DNA of 64,000 nucleotides, from assembly GCF_018350175.1 (NCBI RefSeq), contig NC_058368.1, forward strand, positions 186,312,001-186,376,000. Reading direction: 5' to 3'. A program made the position numbers and the translations under genes. Under the pieces are notes generated by a model. That model was not told the DNA's origin and did no database searches. It worked only from the letters and a program-made list of their open reading frames with translations. Each line of letters starts with the position of its first letter. The first letter of the stretch is position 1. This DNA comes from Felis catus (Eukaryota). Positions 13,858 through 27,348 of this stretch are shown one piece after another.

Positions 13858-14025
13858 ATGAGCACCTGGGTGGCTCAGTCAGTTCAGTGTCCGACTCTTG
13901 ATCTTGGCTTAGGTCATGATCTCAGGGTTCATGAGTTCAAGACCCACATCAGGCTCTGCAATGCTGGAGCAGAGCCTGCTTGGGATTCTGTCTCTCCCTC
14001 TCTCTCTGCGCCTCAACTGCTTGTG

Positions 14026-14067
<42 letters not shown>

Positions 14068-14089
14068 ATAAATAAATAAACTTTAAAAA
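13858..14089 (+). mobile_element. Can-SINE
   Basis: Full head, (CT)n, tail; flanking direct repeat AAGAATGACAAA at 13839 and 14090. Confidence 0.93.
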
Positions 14090-14224
14090 AAGAATGACAA
14101 ACGGAGGTTATTTAAACAAAAGGGAGATGACAATACTGGAGACTTGAAACTTCAAAAAATAAAGATAAACAATAAAATAGTTAAAAAATATGGTAAACCA
14201 AATAGATTATCTTTCTCCTAATGC

Positions 14225-14446
14225 TTTTTTTTAATGTTCATTTATTTATTTTGAGAGACAGAGAGTGTGTGTGCAAGGGGCAGAGAGAGGGGAAGAGAGA
14301 GAGAGAGGGAGAGAGAGAATCCCAAGCCGACTCCACATATCAGCACAGAGCCCACTGCAGGTCTTGATCTCACAAACCGTGAGATCATGACCTGAGCTGA
14401 AATCAAGAGTCAGACGCTTACCCAACTGAGCTACCCAGGAGCTCCC
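14225..14446 (-). mobile_element. Can-SINE
   Basis: Reverse-strand head ...ctgagctacccaggagctcccc. Confidence 0.92.
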
Positions 14447-14972
14447 CTTCCTAATATTCTTCTTAATTCATATTTGGAGATTGAAACAAAAATTATAACA
14501 CAATCTTTAGTTATGTTCAATGTATAAGGAAGAAATTTCTAAAACAATAGTATTTTAAATGTGTGAGGGTACAGGGACCTAAATGGAAGTAAGGTCAGTA
14601 GTAATAGTCTGTAGTAAATTACTCATGGACATTATAGTGCCTAAAATACCTATATAGTTTACTCAAAAACAGTAAAAATAAGATGGAATCCCCCAAATAT
14701 TCAAATTACTCGAAGTAAGGCAAGAAAAGAAAAGAAGAATGAGAAATAGAAGATAGGAACATAAAATAAATAATAAAATGATAGGCTGAAACCTTAACAT
14801 ATCAGTAATTATATTAAATGTAAATGCTCTCTATACATCAATTAAAAGATACACTGGTAGAGGGGAATAAAAAAAAGTTATGACCTAAATATATCATCTA
14901 TAAGCTATCTATAAGAAAATCACTTCAAAAACCATGAAGTAGGTAGATTGGAAACAAAAGAATGGAAAATAC

Positions 14973-15075
14973 AGGGATGCCTGGATAGCTCAGTCAGTTG
15001 AATGTCCAACTTCAGCTCAGCTCATGATCTCACGGTTTATGAATTCGAGCCCCACATCAGGCTTGCTGCTGTCAG
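14973..15075 (+). mobile_element. Can-SINE 5' half
   Basis: gggatgcctggatagctcagtcagttg...gctgtcag. Confidence 0.85.
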
Positions 15076-15365
15076 AATGAAAAAAACTCAACTATATGCT
15101 GTACAAAAGAAACCCACTTTAAATATAAAGACATATATAGATTACAAAGAGAAAGTTATGCCATGCAAACAAGAAAGGTGTAGTAGCTTTATGAATTTCA
15201 GACACAGCAAACTTCAAAACTAGGATGAAAACTAAGAAAAGAAGAGCAATAAATAGTCAAAAAAGATTCTTTGTCTCCAAAATGACATAATAATCTCCAA
15301 TGTACATTCACCTAACAATAGGAAGTCAAACTAGGTGAGCCAAAGACTGATAGAACCAAAAAGAG

Positions 15366-15532
15366 AGGAGTGCCTAGGTGGCTCAGTCGGTTAACAGACT
15401 CAGTCAGTTAACTGACTCACTTGGTTAGTTGACCTCAGCAGGCAACTTCGGCTGAGGTCATCTCATGGTTCTTGGGTTCGAGCCACATGTCAGGCTCTGT
15501 GCTGACATCTCAGAGCCTGAAGCTTACTTTGG

Positions 15533-15570
<38 letters not shown>

Positions 15571-15636
15571 CCTTCTGCTTGTGCTCTCTCTCTGTGTCTC
15601 TCAAAATTAAATAGGTGTTAAAAATTAAAAAAAAAA
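15366..15636 (+). mobile_element. Can-SINE with tandemly amplified A-box region
   Basis: 17-bp unit repeated about three times after the head; normal (CT)n and tail. Confidence 0.88.
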
Positions 15637-16146
15637 GAACTGAAAATAGAAAAATCTACTATTATATCTGGAGACTTCAATACTCATCTGCAAAATCAAG
15701 CAGGCAGAAAAATCAGTAAGAATATAGATAAACTGAATAGTACTTCCAAACAATTTGTTCTGATCAATATTTTTAGAATACTACATCCAACAATAGCAGA
15801 ATGAACTTTCTATTCAAGCTCAATGGGACATTCAATAAGACAGAACATATTCTGGGTCATAAAACACATGATAAACTGTTAATAGAGACTTTACACTGTA
15901 TATTCTCAGACCTCAATGGAATTATACTAGAAATCATAACAAAAAGATTGCTGAAAGATTCCAAGATATTTGGAGACTAAGCTGTACATTTCTAAATTTG
16001 ATGTGGGCCAATATAAATAAGTCTCATGAGAAATGAAAATACATTTTGAACTAAATAAAAGTGAAATATAACTTAAAATTTGAAGGAGGCAACAAATGCA
16101 GTGCTTAGAGAGAAACTTACAGCATTAAATGCTTACATTAAAAAAG

Positions 16147-16253
16147 AGGGGCTCCTGGGTGCTCAGTTGGTTGAGCATCTGACTCCTGATTTTGGCTCAG
16201 GTGATGGAATCAAATCCTGTGTCAGGCTAAGCATGGAGCTTAGAGCCTGCTTA

Positions 16254-16295
<42 letters not shown>

Positions 16296-16371
16296 GCTCT
16301 CTCTCTTCCTCCCTCTCCCTCTCTCCTGCTCACACTTTCTCTCTCTCTAAAAAGAAAAGTAAAAAAAAAAT
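16147..16371 (+). mobile_element. Can-SINE (older, shorter type)
   Basis: ggggctcctgggtgctcagttggttgagc..., long (CT)n, A tail. Confidence 0.88.
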
Positions 16372-18092
16372 ATGTAAAACCAATAATCTAAATTTCTACT
16401 TTAGGAAGCTAGAAAAAAGAGAGAAATTTAAACCTAAAGGAGGCAGAAGAAAATAAATAATAATAATTTGAGCAGAAATCAATGAAATTGAAAACAAATA
16501 GGAAAAAAAATCAATGAAACAAAAGTTGGATCTTATGAGAGGTCAATAAAATTGATAAACATCTAACCAGGCTGACCAAGAAAAAAGTAACAAGACATAC
16601 TTTACTAATGAACACAAGAGTATCATTATTGAACCCATGGAAAAATTCCTTGAAAGACATTTACAGTTCACACAAGGGGCAATATATAACTTGAGTAACC
16701 CTATATCTATTAAATAAATTGAATCAATAATTAACAGCCTTTTGAAAAGAAGGCAACATAAACAAATGGTTTTACTAGTGAATTCTATCAAACATTTAAG
16801 GGAGAAATAATCCAATTCTTCACAATCTCTTCCAGAAAGTAGAAGCAGAGAGATGCCTTCCTAACTTGTTAACTTAAAAGTAATTAACAAGTTAGCTTCA
16901 TTAACTTGATGAAGAATATCTAGAAAAAAAGGACAGTTAACATCACATTTAATAATGACAATGTAGATGTTTTTTCCTCAGGCAAAAATGTCCTCTCTAA
17001 CCAGTCTTGTTTTATATTGTACTAGAGATCTTAAATAGTACAATAAAACAAGAAAAATAAATGGTAAAAGTGTTGAAAATAAATAATAATACTTTTATTT
17101 TCAGATGACAATATTGTCTATGTAGAAAACCCCAAACCACCCACTATTACTCTAAAACTCCTAGAAATAGTATGCAAGTATGACAGGGTCTTAGAATAAA
17201 CAGGTCAATATATAAAGCAATTGTTTTTCTATATACTAGTGACATATTTTTGGGATTAATGTTTAAAAAAATGTATTTGCAATAGCACCAAAAAAGCAAT
17301 ACTTAGGCAAATATGTAACAAAATATGTCTTTATTCTCTTCATACATTTATCCATCTCTGTATCCATTCATTGCTTCATTAAAAAAGTGTTTCCAGAAAT
17401 GTATAGGCACTATGTATTTGGAAAATGAACTAAAATACCACACAAAAAAATCATGCATGTTGAAAAATGTTGACAATTAGGGAAACAAACAGATGGGGGA
17501 CTGCCATGAAGTCCTTTCTAAGAAGTTGACACGTAAGCTTTGAAGTAAATGTGGGCGAGACAGTCACGAAAAGAGGGAGATGAAGTACAATTCAAGGAAA
17601 AGCAACAGATATCTAGAAAAACCCTCAAAAGGGAACAAGCTTGTTGTGCCAGTGAACTGAGCAAGGCATCGTGGGCAGCAGAGAAGTTGGCACAAAGAAG
17701 CTGGAAAGGTGAGCAGAGGCCAATCTTGAAGCCCACATTAAGATTTTACAATTGTCATCCTTTTAAAATGAATCACCTATGTGACTTTTTGTTTATTGTA
17801 ATAATGAAATGAAATTCAAGTCACTCAGTTAAGAAACAGGAACTAATCATGACACTAAACGGGTATACATGAGAAGCCAAAGGCAAGATTTTAACAGCCC
17901 CAAGAAGAACCTAGAATGTGATATGGAAAAGCTGACAGGACTCTCTTACTACTGCTTTACTCTTTTCTAATTAATCCTTTTGGCTTCTCAGTCCCATGGC
18001 TTATCTTTCCTTAATAAATGCAGGTAAGTGAGGGGAAGGGCATATTCCTTAACATATTCCTAAATATTTTTATTCGAGTGCTTATATATATA

Positions 18093-18286
18093 TTTTTTTT
18101 AATTTTTTAATGTTTATTTTATTTATTTTGAGATAGAAAGATAGTGATCAGGAGAGGGACAGAGAGAGAATACCAAGCATGCTCTGCACTGTCAGTGCAG
18201 AGCCCAGTACAGCTTGACTGTGAGATCACGACCTGAATCGAAATCAAGAGTCAAATGCTCAACTGACTGAGCCACCCAGGTACCCA
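18093..18286 (-). mobile_element. Can-SINE
   Basis: TSD GAGTGCTTATAT at 18076-18087 and 18287-18298. Confidence 0.92.
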
Positions 18287-21269
18287 GAGTGCTTATATTT
18301 CTTGTCTGGATTATTATTTTAGCTTGCACTTTGGAATTTGCCTAGCTTTGCTTCTCTTTTAATCAGCCTTCAACACTGCTGCTTAAGGGGTCCTTCTAGT
18401 GCATTTATCTGAAGGTTCACTGCCCTGGTTTAAACCCTTGAGTGGATTGTTTCTACCATTAGGTTATAATCCATGCTACCATGACATTCAAGGTCCACTA
18501 TAATCAAGCATCTCTCCACTTAGTTCTCTTGAGTTGTCTACTGCCAGTCATCTAGAGATATACTAGACATTCTGTGTTTTCTCTCACTCCCAGCCATCCT
18601 CATTGAACTCTACTCACTCTTTAAGACTTAGCTGAGGAAGCTCCTCTTACAGTCACTGAGATAAAGAACTGATGTTCTCACCCTACAGACACCAATGGTC
18701 ATCATGTGATAAATCACGAATCTAGCAGACTAGGGATAGACTCTTTGAACTCTTTTTAATCAGTTCCTACTAGCACATGGCTTGGATTATAAGAATATAT
18801 TAACTAAATTGGGGAAAAAAAACATCTATACCCAAAGACGACCTTTAAAAAAACTTAAATTACTTAAATGGCCAAAGGAGTGATTTCTGCATTTTGTGCA
18901 AAAAAAAAAAAAATGGATTTTGGATTGAGTTAATATTCCCAGAACAGAAAAGATTTAGACTATTTAAAAGCATCTTAATTAGAAGTCCATGAAAATATCT
19001 AAAATCAGATTTTTTTAAGTAAACAGGCCTTGCATAACCTCAGTGACCAGACCATCTGTTAAGCATTTAGTAACATCACTGAGAGTGAATTGCATTTTCT
19101 AAGTTTGGCCCATCACTCATCTGTTCTGTGTGGTAAAAGGCATGGCATTTTTAGCATGTTCAAATTGCAAGTAATTTAGCATTTCTGAAAGTTCCTTGGT
19201 GATTTGAGTCATATTCAGACAGTAATTATGATTTGTTTGAAAATGGACCATAATGCGCGATTATTGTATCATATACATTGAAATGCATTTATTGACTTTC
19301 TAAGTTTTGAGTACAGTAATTACTCTGAAATGAGGCAAAGCCAATTTTACATGTTTTTATCAACTTCAAAATGTGCAAGTTAATGAGATTTATACTCTGA
19401 CAATTTTTATTATTTTACTTTCTCTGTTGTGAATGTTAGCATCTCAAATCAATATATTATCCCTTTGATATCATCAGAGGAATAGGTTAGGTTTTATTGT
19501 CTCTCTCTCTCTCTCTTTTTCCAAATAGGTGGCACTCTACATCTTGATGACAAGTCAAGGTGGAAGGAGTTTATTCCCCACAGAGTATCTTTTATGATTG
19601 CTCAGGAGTAACATCCTACCTATTCCCACTTTCCCATCAACCCCAGGTGAATTGAATGGCAGGCTTAGAATCAATGGAGAAATGAGCCTAGGCTACTTAC
19701 ATTCCTAGTAATGGGTAAATCGTGTTCTTTCATTCATATGCATTTAATAATCACTTATACAGTAGACACCATTATAGGCATGGAAGAATTCTCAAGAGAG
19801 ACGAAAGACATACTCTCTGCCTTCACAGAGCTGATAATGTGGTATGGCAGAAATGTAAGTAAATAGACTAATGCACCAGTATGTGCAGTGATCCAAGAAA
19901 CAACACTCAATGAATGTAGAGGAAAGACAGGAAACCCAGTTTGGGGAATAGGAAAAACTTCCAGACCAAAGTGACAACTCAGCTGAGAGCTAAGTGACAA
20001 AGGAGGGGGGGGGGACCTCCCTATCTAAGTGATGCAAGAGACATATATAAGATCAGCTATGAATCCTGAAAAGCAATTTTGACCATGTGGTCCACGAAGA
20101 ACCAAAACAGTCATAAGTGTTCCTAAACAAATATCACTACTTTCCGCTTTCACTGGAAACTGCCATATTCGTCGTTAAGTGAGTCAGTAGCAGGTCTCCT
20201 CCTAAAAGGGATAACCTTGTTGTACTTTTGCTCTCTTTTGAGAAAAATGCAGAGTTCTGCCAGCTTTTCCCTATTTAATCATGTGTTAAATCTCAAGAGC
20301 TCCTTTCAGGACAATTTTTTCTTTAAATGCGTCCCTTAACAAGTCTAGTTGCTAAAATCACACATCCTCACCTGAAAATACTTCAGAAGGTTTGGTGCTG
20401 TGCACGAGTCTTCATTAGGAAAGTGACAGAGTCTTGATTGTTATTTAATTTAGAGAAAATGATACCTCCTGTCTGGGCATGCTAGTTTGTGGATTTAAAA
20501 ATAAATGTGAGATCTCAGAGTCAGGTGGACTTAGCTCAGGCTGTGGAATTCTGAATAGGGAAAATGATTCAGTGATTAGGAAAATTTAGGGGACTATTTT
20601 TATTCATTTTTTTAATTTTGCATTTTAAAGGATCCTCATATTATTTGCGAATTTACCACAAGAAGTGTTTAGTATATAAGACTTTTCACAACACATCATT
20701 TTCTACGCTGAATTAGAAGTGCATACAATTGATCTGTCATTAGAACTCTGTAGGATCTTGGGCAGTAAATTCCTTCCTTTCAAAAGGCTTCTGTTTGGCC
20801 ATCTATAAAATGAGTGAGCTGATTTAGACAATAAATGGCAAACACCTGAGAAACATTGCAATTTTCACCTTCTACACCCATGGTAGGTACCACTAATCAA
20901 CCATAGCACTCTTCCCTACTGAAGCCAAGGAAGGCTTCAGAATCATTCTTGCACAATGCTTCTGGCAACTGTGAACCAATTAAAGCTAGAACAGAAAAAT
21001 GTATTTACCATGGTTTGTTTGGTTAGATCTCTTAGGCTTCTTATGCCACCAACAATCCCCAAATAGGATAATTCTGTGGAGTGTTTTTAGTTTTAGTTCT
21101 TAATGCAACTTTTATGTGAAGTATAGATGTATATTACAAAAGCAAACTCAGGTAAGCAAAATAATGAAAGAAAAATAAAAGAATAATCCCTCCAGATCGC
21201 ATACATAGAGATAGCTCTTATTAATATCTTGAGAATTTTTATTTTTTAGTACTATCCCTAGCGCTAAAT

Positions 21270-21476
21270 TTTTTAAAAAATATTTTTAATGTGTATTTAT
21301 TTTTGAGAGAGAGGGACAGAGCAAGCAGGTGAGAGGCAGAGAGAGAGGGAGACAGAGGATCCGAAGTGGGTTCTGTGCTGATAGTAGATGACCTGATATG
21401 GGACTCGAACTCACAAACTGTGTGAAATGTTTAACTGAAGTCAGATGCTTAACCAACTGAGCTATCCAGGTGCCCC
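21270..21476 (-). mobile_element. Can-SINE
   Basis: Reverse-strand consensus ending ccaggtgcccc. Confidence 0.92.
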
Positions 21477-22094
21477 TAATGTTAAATTTTCTTAAGAGTC
21501 TTTTATTCTCAAAATGTTTGGCCCCCAGATGAACAACGTTTCTTTATTTTGAACACCTACAAATTAACATGATTCATTCAAAAAGCATTTTGATGATTTT
21601 TTTTATGTGAGATCTCATCTTTACAGGCCAGTTCTTGTCTTTTCTCTAGGAAACCAAATTCTCATGTGACCACTTAAGGTCTTTATAACTAGAGGCCAAC
21701 TGGCTCCTTATGCAGAGAACCCTTATTTCATGGCCTTAAAAGCCTTCACATCCCAGTAGGTCCTGCCAGCCTGCTGGAACCAAAGTGTTTTACTCATTCT
21801 TGGCTGGCACCTTCTTTTTTATTCTCCTTATAACAGAAAAGTAGTCTGTCTAAAATTTGTGAGGAATACAAGCCTGTGTGTTAGGTCAGAGGGAATGTAG
21901 TGAAAGGGAAGATAGAGGGGAAATAACATCTTATTAACATTGTGTTTAAGACATGAAGACACTAGTGGCTATTGTAGTTTTTTTAAACATAATACTTTAT
22001 AATATGCAAATTTCCAGAAAATAATGTATTCTATTACAATGTTTCCCTAGTAACCTTGTGATTTACCCACAGCTAAATTTCTAGACTTCTCATA

Positions 22095-22345
22095 TTTCAG
22101 TATATATACACACCTTCAGTATATATATTATATATAATATACATATACTAGACAGTGTATATATATTTTCAGTGTATATATATACATACATATATATTCA
22201 ATAAAATATATATACTTAATATATAACATATTTATTTATATATTTATATAAAATACAATTAAAATATATACTTACTATGTATACTTCAATACATATATTT
22301 ATGTATATTATATATATTCTTTATAGTATATATACACATATACTT
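22095..22345. repeat. TA-rich low-complexity tract
   Basis: Direct reading. Confidence 0.85.
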
Positions 22346-22529
22346 AAAAACACTATTCAGTTTTCATATATTGAAAAATTCAATAATTATATAATTAAGA
22401 AATTTGAGCACTACACTGAGTCTTTCTCACTCCTAAAGGTATTCTCCAGCAATTCTCCTCTCTCCTACATTATTTTTCACCCTTTAGTGGATCATCTCCA
22501 TCAGCATATAAAAAGATGTTATTATGCTC

Positions 22530-22948
22530 ATTAAAAAAAATCATTAAACTCAATAACAGGAAAACACACTACTCAATAAAATCAATCAATAAATAAAAGA
22601 ATTGGGCAAAAGACCTGAACAGACACTTCACCAGAGAAGATATACAAATGCTTAATTTAAGCACATGAAAAGATGCTTCACATCATATGTCATTTAGGAA
22701 ATGCAATAAAAATAAAAATGAGAAACCATGATTAATATCTATGAGAATGGCCAAAATCTAGAATATTGACAACACTCACAAATGTTGATGAGGATGTGGA
22801 GCAATGGGAACTCTCTTATTCATTACTGGGTGGAATGCAAAATGGTGCAACTACTTTGGGAGACATTTTGGTGGTTTCTTAACAAAACTGAACATAATTT
22901 TACCATAAAATTCAGCTATTACACTCCTTGGTATTTATTTAAATAAGT
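22530..22948 (+). mobile_element. Old L1 ORF2 3' fragment (L1MC-like)
   Basis: gggcaaaagacctgaacagacacttcacc...gcacatgaaaagatgc...tgcaaaatggtgcaactactttgg. Confidence 0.85.
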
Positions 22949-22949
22949 T

Positions 22950-23160
22950 TGCAATGGATTGCGTGTTTGTGTCCCCACAAAATTGTATGTTGAAACCATA
23001 ATGCCAATGTGATGGTATTTGGAAGTCTGGCCTTTGAGAAGTAATTAGATCTTGAGGGTGGAACTTTCATGAATGGGATTAGTGCCTTTATGAGAAGAGG
23101 CCAGAGAGCTAGCTAGCTTTCTTTCCATCAAGTGAAGATACAAGAAGTCAGCAGCCTGCC
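22950..23160 (+). mobile_element. MaLR LTR fragment (MLT1A/MST-like)
   Basis: tgtgtccccacaaaatt...gtgatggtatttgga...atgggattagtgcctttat. Confidence 0.8.
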
Positions 23161-24570
23161 CTAAAAATTTTCTGTACTTCACCTATTCAACGTCCCTCTC
23201 TCCACCCTATGCCCTGGCAACAACTGATCTTTTAACTGTTTCCAGAGTTTTGCCTTCTCCAGAATCTCACACAGTTGGAATCATGTAGTATATAGGTTTT
23301 TCAGGTTGGATGCTTTCACTTAGTCATATGCATTTAAGTTTCCTCCATGTCTTTTTATAGCTTGATAGCTCATTTCCTTTTAGCCCTGAATAATATTCCA
23401 TTGTCTGGATGTACCACATTATTCATTCACTACTGAAGGACATCTTGATTGCTTCCAAGTTTTGGCAATTATGAATAAAGCTGCTATAAACATCTGTGTG
23501 TAGATTTTTGTGTGAATATAAGTTTTCAACTACTTTGGGTAAATACCAAAAAGCACGATTCTGGATCATATGGCAAGAGTGTGTTTAGTTTTATAATAAA
23601 ACACCAAACTGTCTTGTAAAGTGGATGTACCACTTTGCATTTCTAGGAGGAATGAATGGCAATTTCTATTGTCTCACATCCTTGTCAGCATTTGGTGCCG
23701 TCAGTGTTCTGGATTTTGGTCATTCTAACAGGTATACAGTGGTACCTCATTTTTTCTTTTAATTTGCATTTCTCTGATGACACATAATACAGAACGTCTT
23801 TTTATAAGCTTATTTTCCATCTGCATGACTTATTTGGTGAGGTGTGTGTTAAAAAAGCATTTTTAAGTCAGGTTGTTTTCTTATTTTTGAGTTTTAAAAG
23901 GTCTTTGTATATTTTAGATGACAATCCTTTATCAGATCTGTCTTTTCTCCAGTCTGTGGCTTGTATTTTTGTTCCCTTGCCAGTGTATTCACAGAGAAAA
24001 AAAAATTAATTTTAATCCATGGCTTATCAACTCTTTCTTTCATGATTGAGTCTTTGGTATTGTATCTAAAGAATCATGGCCAAACTCTAGGTCATCTAGA
24101 ATTTCTTTCCTTTTTTTATTTTTAATGTTTATTTATTTTTGAGAGAGAGTGAGAGAGCAGAGGAGAGGCAGAGAGAAGGAGACACAAAATCCGAAGTAGG
24201 CTCCAGTCTCTGAGCTGTCAGAACTAAGCCTAACGTGGGACTCAAACTCAGAACCGCAAGATCATGACCTGAGCCAAGTTGGAGGCTTAACTGACTGAGC
24301 AACCCAGGTGCCCAAGATTATTTTGCTTCTAGCAGTTGTATAGTTTGAATAGCTTCTAAGATATTTTGAAGGAGTTTTATATCTTTACAATCATATTATG
24401 TATTTTTGTACCCTATACTTAATATCTTCTCTTTACTTGATTGCATTGGCTGATGTTTCCAAGACAATATTGTGCAATAATGTTGACAGTGGGTCCTTTA
24501 TTTTCTTTGTGTCTTTAGTAGAAATGCCCTTTGTGTTTTCACAGTGGTGATGCTGATTTAGTGTTTTATT
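23160..24570 (-). mobile_element. Old L1 3' region, minus strand (interrupted by a SINE)
   Basis: ctggcaacaactgatct...ttggcaattatgaataaagctgctataaacat...ggatcatatgg. Confidence 0.8.
24112..24314 (-). mobile_element. Can-SINE
   Basis: Reverse-strand consensus. Confidence 0.92.
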
Positions 24571-24572
24571 AC

Positions 24573-25487
24573 ATAAGGGCTAGTATCCAAACTCTATAAA
24601 TAACTCACCAAACTCCACACCCAAAAAACCAATAATCCAGTGAAGAAATGGGCAAAAGACATGAATAGACACTTTTCCAAAGAAGACATCCAGATGGCCA
24701 ACAGACACATGAAACAATGCTTCACATCACTCATCATCAGGGAAATACAAATCAAACCACACTGAGATACTAACTCATGCCAGTCAGAGTAGCTAAAATG
24801 AACAAATCAGGAGACTATACACGCTGGCGAGGTTGTGGAGAAACAGGAACCTTCTTGCACTGTTGGTGGGAATGCAAACTCGTGCAGCCACTCTGGAAAA
24901 CAGTGTGGAGGTTCCTCAAAAAATTAAAAATAGATCTATCCTATGACCTAGCAATAGCACTGCTAGGAATTTACCCAAGGAATACAGGAGTACTGATACA
25001 TAGGGGCACACGTACCCCAATGTTTATAGCAGCACTGTTAACAATAGCCAAATTATGGAAAGAGCCTAAATGTCCATCAACTGATGAATGAATAAAGAAG
25101 ATGTGGTTTATACATACAATGGAATACTACTTGGCAATGAGAAAGAATGAAATCATTCCATTTGCAGCAATATGGATGGAACTGGAGGGTATTATGCTAA
25201 GTGAAAGAAGTCAGTCAGAGAAAGACAGATACAATATGTTTTCACTCATATGCGGATCTTCAGAAACTTAACAGAAGACCATGGGGGAGGAGAAGGGGAA
25301 AAAAAGTTATAAACCGAGGGGGAGGGAGGCAAATCATAAGAGACTTTTAAATACAGAGGACAGACTGAGGGTTGATGGGGGTGGAGGAGACGGGAAAGTG
25401 GGTGATGGGCATTGAGGAGCGCACTTGTTAGCCTGAGCACTGGTTGTTGTATGGAAGCCAATTTGACAATAAATTATATTAAAAAAT
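24573..25487 (+). mobile_element. Younger felid-type L1 3' end (ORF2 C-terminus and 3' UTR)
   Basis: ORF 24777..25091 [25 protein letters not shown]...PMFIAALLTIAKLWKEPKCPSTDE; G-rich UTR, AATAAA, short A tail. Confidence 0.93.
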
Positions 25488-25689
25488 AGAGTTATATTTT
25501 AGATTTTCTCCTTGGATTAACAATAGTTGAGTAGAAAGGAACTTTCTCTACTCACATATACTTTTTATGCTTTTTAACAAATTTTTTTCTAGATTATACT
25601 TTGATTGGTGAATAATTTCTATGAAATGTCTACTTTACAGCATCTACAAATGTTTATTTTGGGGCCTAACATGTGGTCAATTTTTTAAA

Positions 25690-25884
25690 AATTTTTTAAT
25701 GTTTATTGTTGTGAGAGAGACGGAGTGTCTCTCTGGGGAGGGGAGAGAGAGAGGGAGACACAGAATCTGAAGCAGGCTCCAGGCTCCAAGCTGTCAGCAC
25801 AGAGCCCAACGCGGGGCTCAAACTTACGAGCCATGAGATCATGACCTGAGCCAAAGTCAGACGCTTAATATGGCTAAGCTCCCT
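25690..25884 (-). mobile_element. Can-SINE
   Basis: Flanked by TAA(C/T)ATGTGGTCAATTTT direct repeat. Confidence 0.92.
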
Positions 25885-26534
25885 TAATATGTGGTCAATT
25901 TTTGTAAATGGTCCATATTTCCTTGAAAATATATTCTCTATTATCATATCTATTCTGTTCACCTAACAAGCTTATTATTTATTTTTTCTCACTTATTTTT
26001 GTGTCAATTTGAAATATAATGGACTGAAAGAAATGTTAGTCACACTACTATTTCAATTCCATAAATGTTTCCTTGCTTTTCCTATTGATTTTATACCCTG
26101 ACTTTATAATAGGGGCCTTCTATATGTAGTCTTCTATTACATTTTCAGAATAAAGATCCTGCATTCTCTTACTCCATTTATGTTAACGTATTTTGGAGGA
26201 GTCAGGAAGGAACTGCCCTCGTTTGTAGGTAAAAAATTGATTTTTTTTGTACAAAGATGTTATTTGTACCATAATTATGCATAATGATATTGATCTCAGA
26301 ACACGAATTGCCATTGATTTTTTAATATAGTATTAGGAATAATTTTGCCTTAAAAAAGAGCCACAGTTTTTCAACCAAGCTCTTCTTTGTAAACACGAAT
26401 AAAAAATTATAAGATGACATCACAGGTTAGAAGTTTAATCTGAAGTCCATGGAACAAGATGGATTAACCAAGAAAGGACTGATCTTTATACCCTCCTTAC
26501 AGAAACTGATGTGGCAATTTAAAATAATTTTTGT

Positions 26535-26751
26535 GGAGCGCCTGGGTGGCTCAGTCGGTTAAGCGTCCGACTTCGGCTCAGGTAATGATCTCACAGTTTG
26601 TGAGTTCGAGCCCCGCATCGGGCTCTGTGCTGACAGCTCAGAGCCTGGAGCCTGCTTCACATTCTGCGTCTCCCTCTCTCTCTGCCCCTTCCCTGCTCAT
26701 GCTGTGTCTCTCTCTGTCTCAAAAATAAATAAACATTAAAAAAATAAAAAA
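26535..26751 (+). mobile_element. Young Can-SINE (CpGs retained)
   Basis: Perfect 16-bp TSD TAAAATAATTTTTGTG at 26520-26535 and 26752-26767. Confidence 0.95.
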
Positions 26752-27312
26752 TAAAATAATTTTTGTGTCTTGTTCCATAAATATTTGAAGATTTTTTGAT
26801 AGTCTGTATTAAAAATTTTAAAGGAAGAGAAACAACATTGTGGTAAGTACTTGATAATCTTTGCTCCTAATTCTTAAGATTCTTGAGATACAATATAAAG
26901 TTTTCTTTCCTAATTTATATACAAAACAACCCAGTAAGAGTCCATACAGTAGAACAAGTAGTACTTATTCCACTGAAAAGAGCAAATAAGATCCTTTACA
27001 GATGAAGATGATGGTATTGCGGTTTTCTTACCAGTGCAAAACTTTATAACTATATTTTTGATAAAATTTGACTTCCTGACAAAGTAAGTAGACTTGTTAA
27101 TTTACGTTTTATAGTGCCTGCACATAATTTCTTATGTTAAAGATTTCACAAATAAATCCAGAATGCATAATGCAGTTCAGCAAGTGATAAAATGTATCAG
27201 GAACATTACTGTCTTAATCAAGGCATTATTGTCTTCTATGACAGTAAAACACAACTGTATTTGCTGGACTGTGTTTGAACTCCAGCACTTGCCATAAGTA
27301 TCATTCACATAG

Positions 27313-27313
<1 letters not shown>

Positions 27314-27345
<32 letters not shown>
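27314..27345. repeat. (CA)n microsatellite
   Basis: Direct reading. Confidence 0.95.

Positions 27346-27348
<3 letters not shown>

Larger units (their letters stand above)
12195..17330 (+). mobile_element. Old L1 (L1M-type): 5' UTR, ORF1 and ORF2 fragments interrupted by several SINEs
   Basis: ORF1 motif RRANICITGVPEEEEK (13211..13456); endonuclease-like ggagacttcaatactc near 15670; AVLREKLTALNAYIKK; further ORF2 remnants to about 17330. Confidence 0.8.

Noticed and set aside
26535..26620. tRNA-like A/B box sequence
   Set aside because: Head of a tRNA-derived SINE followed by (CT)n and A-tail, not a tRNA gene.
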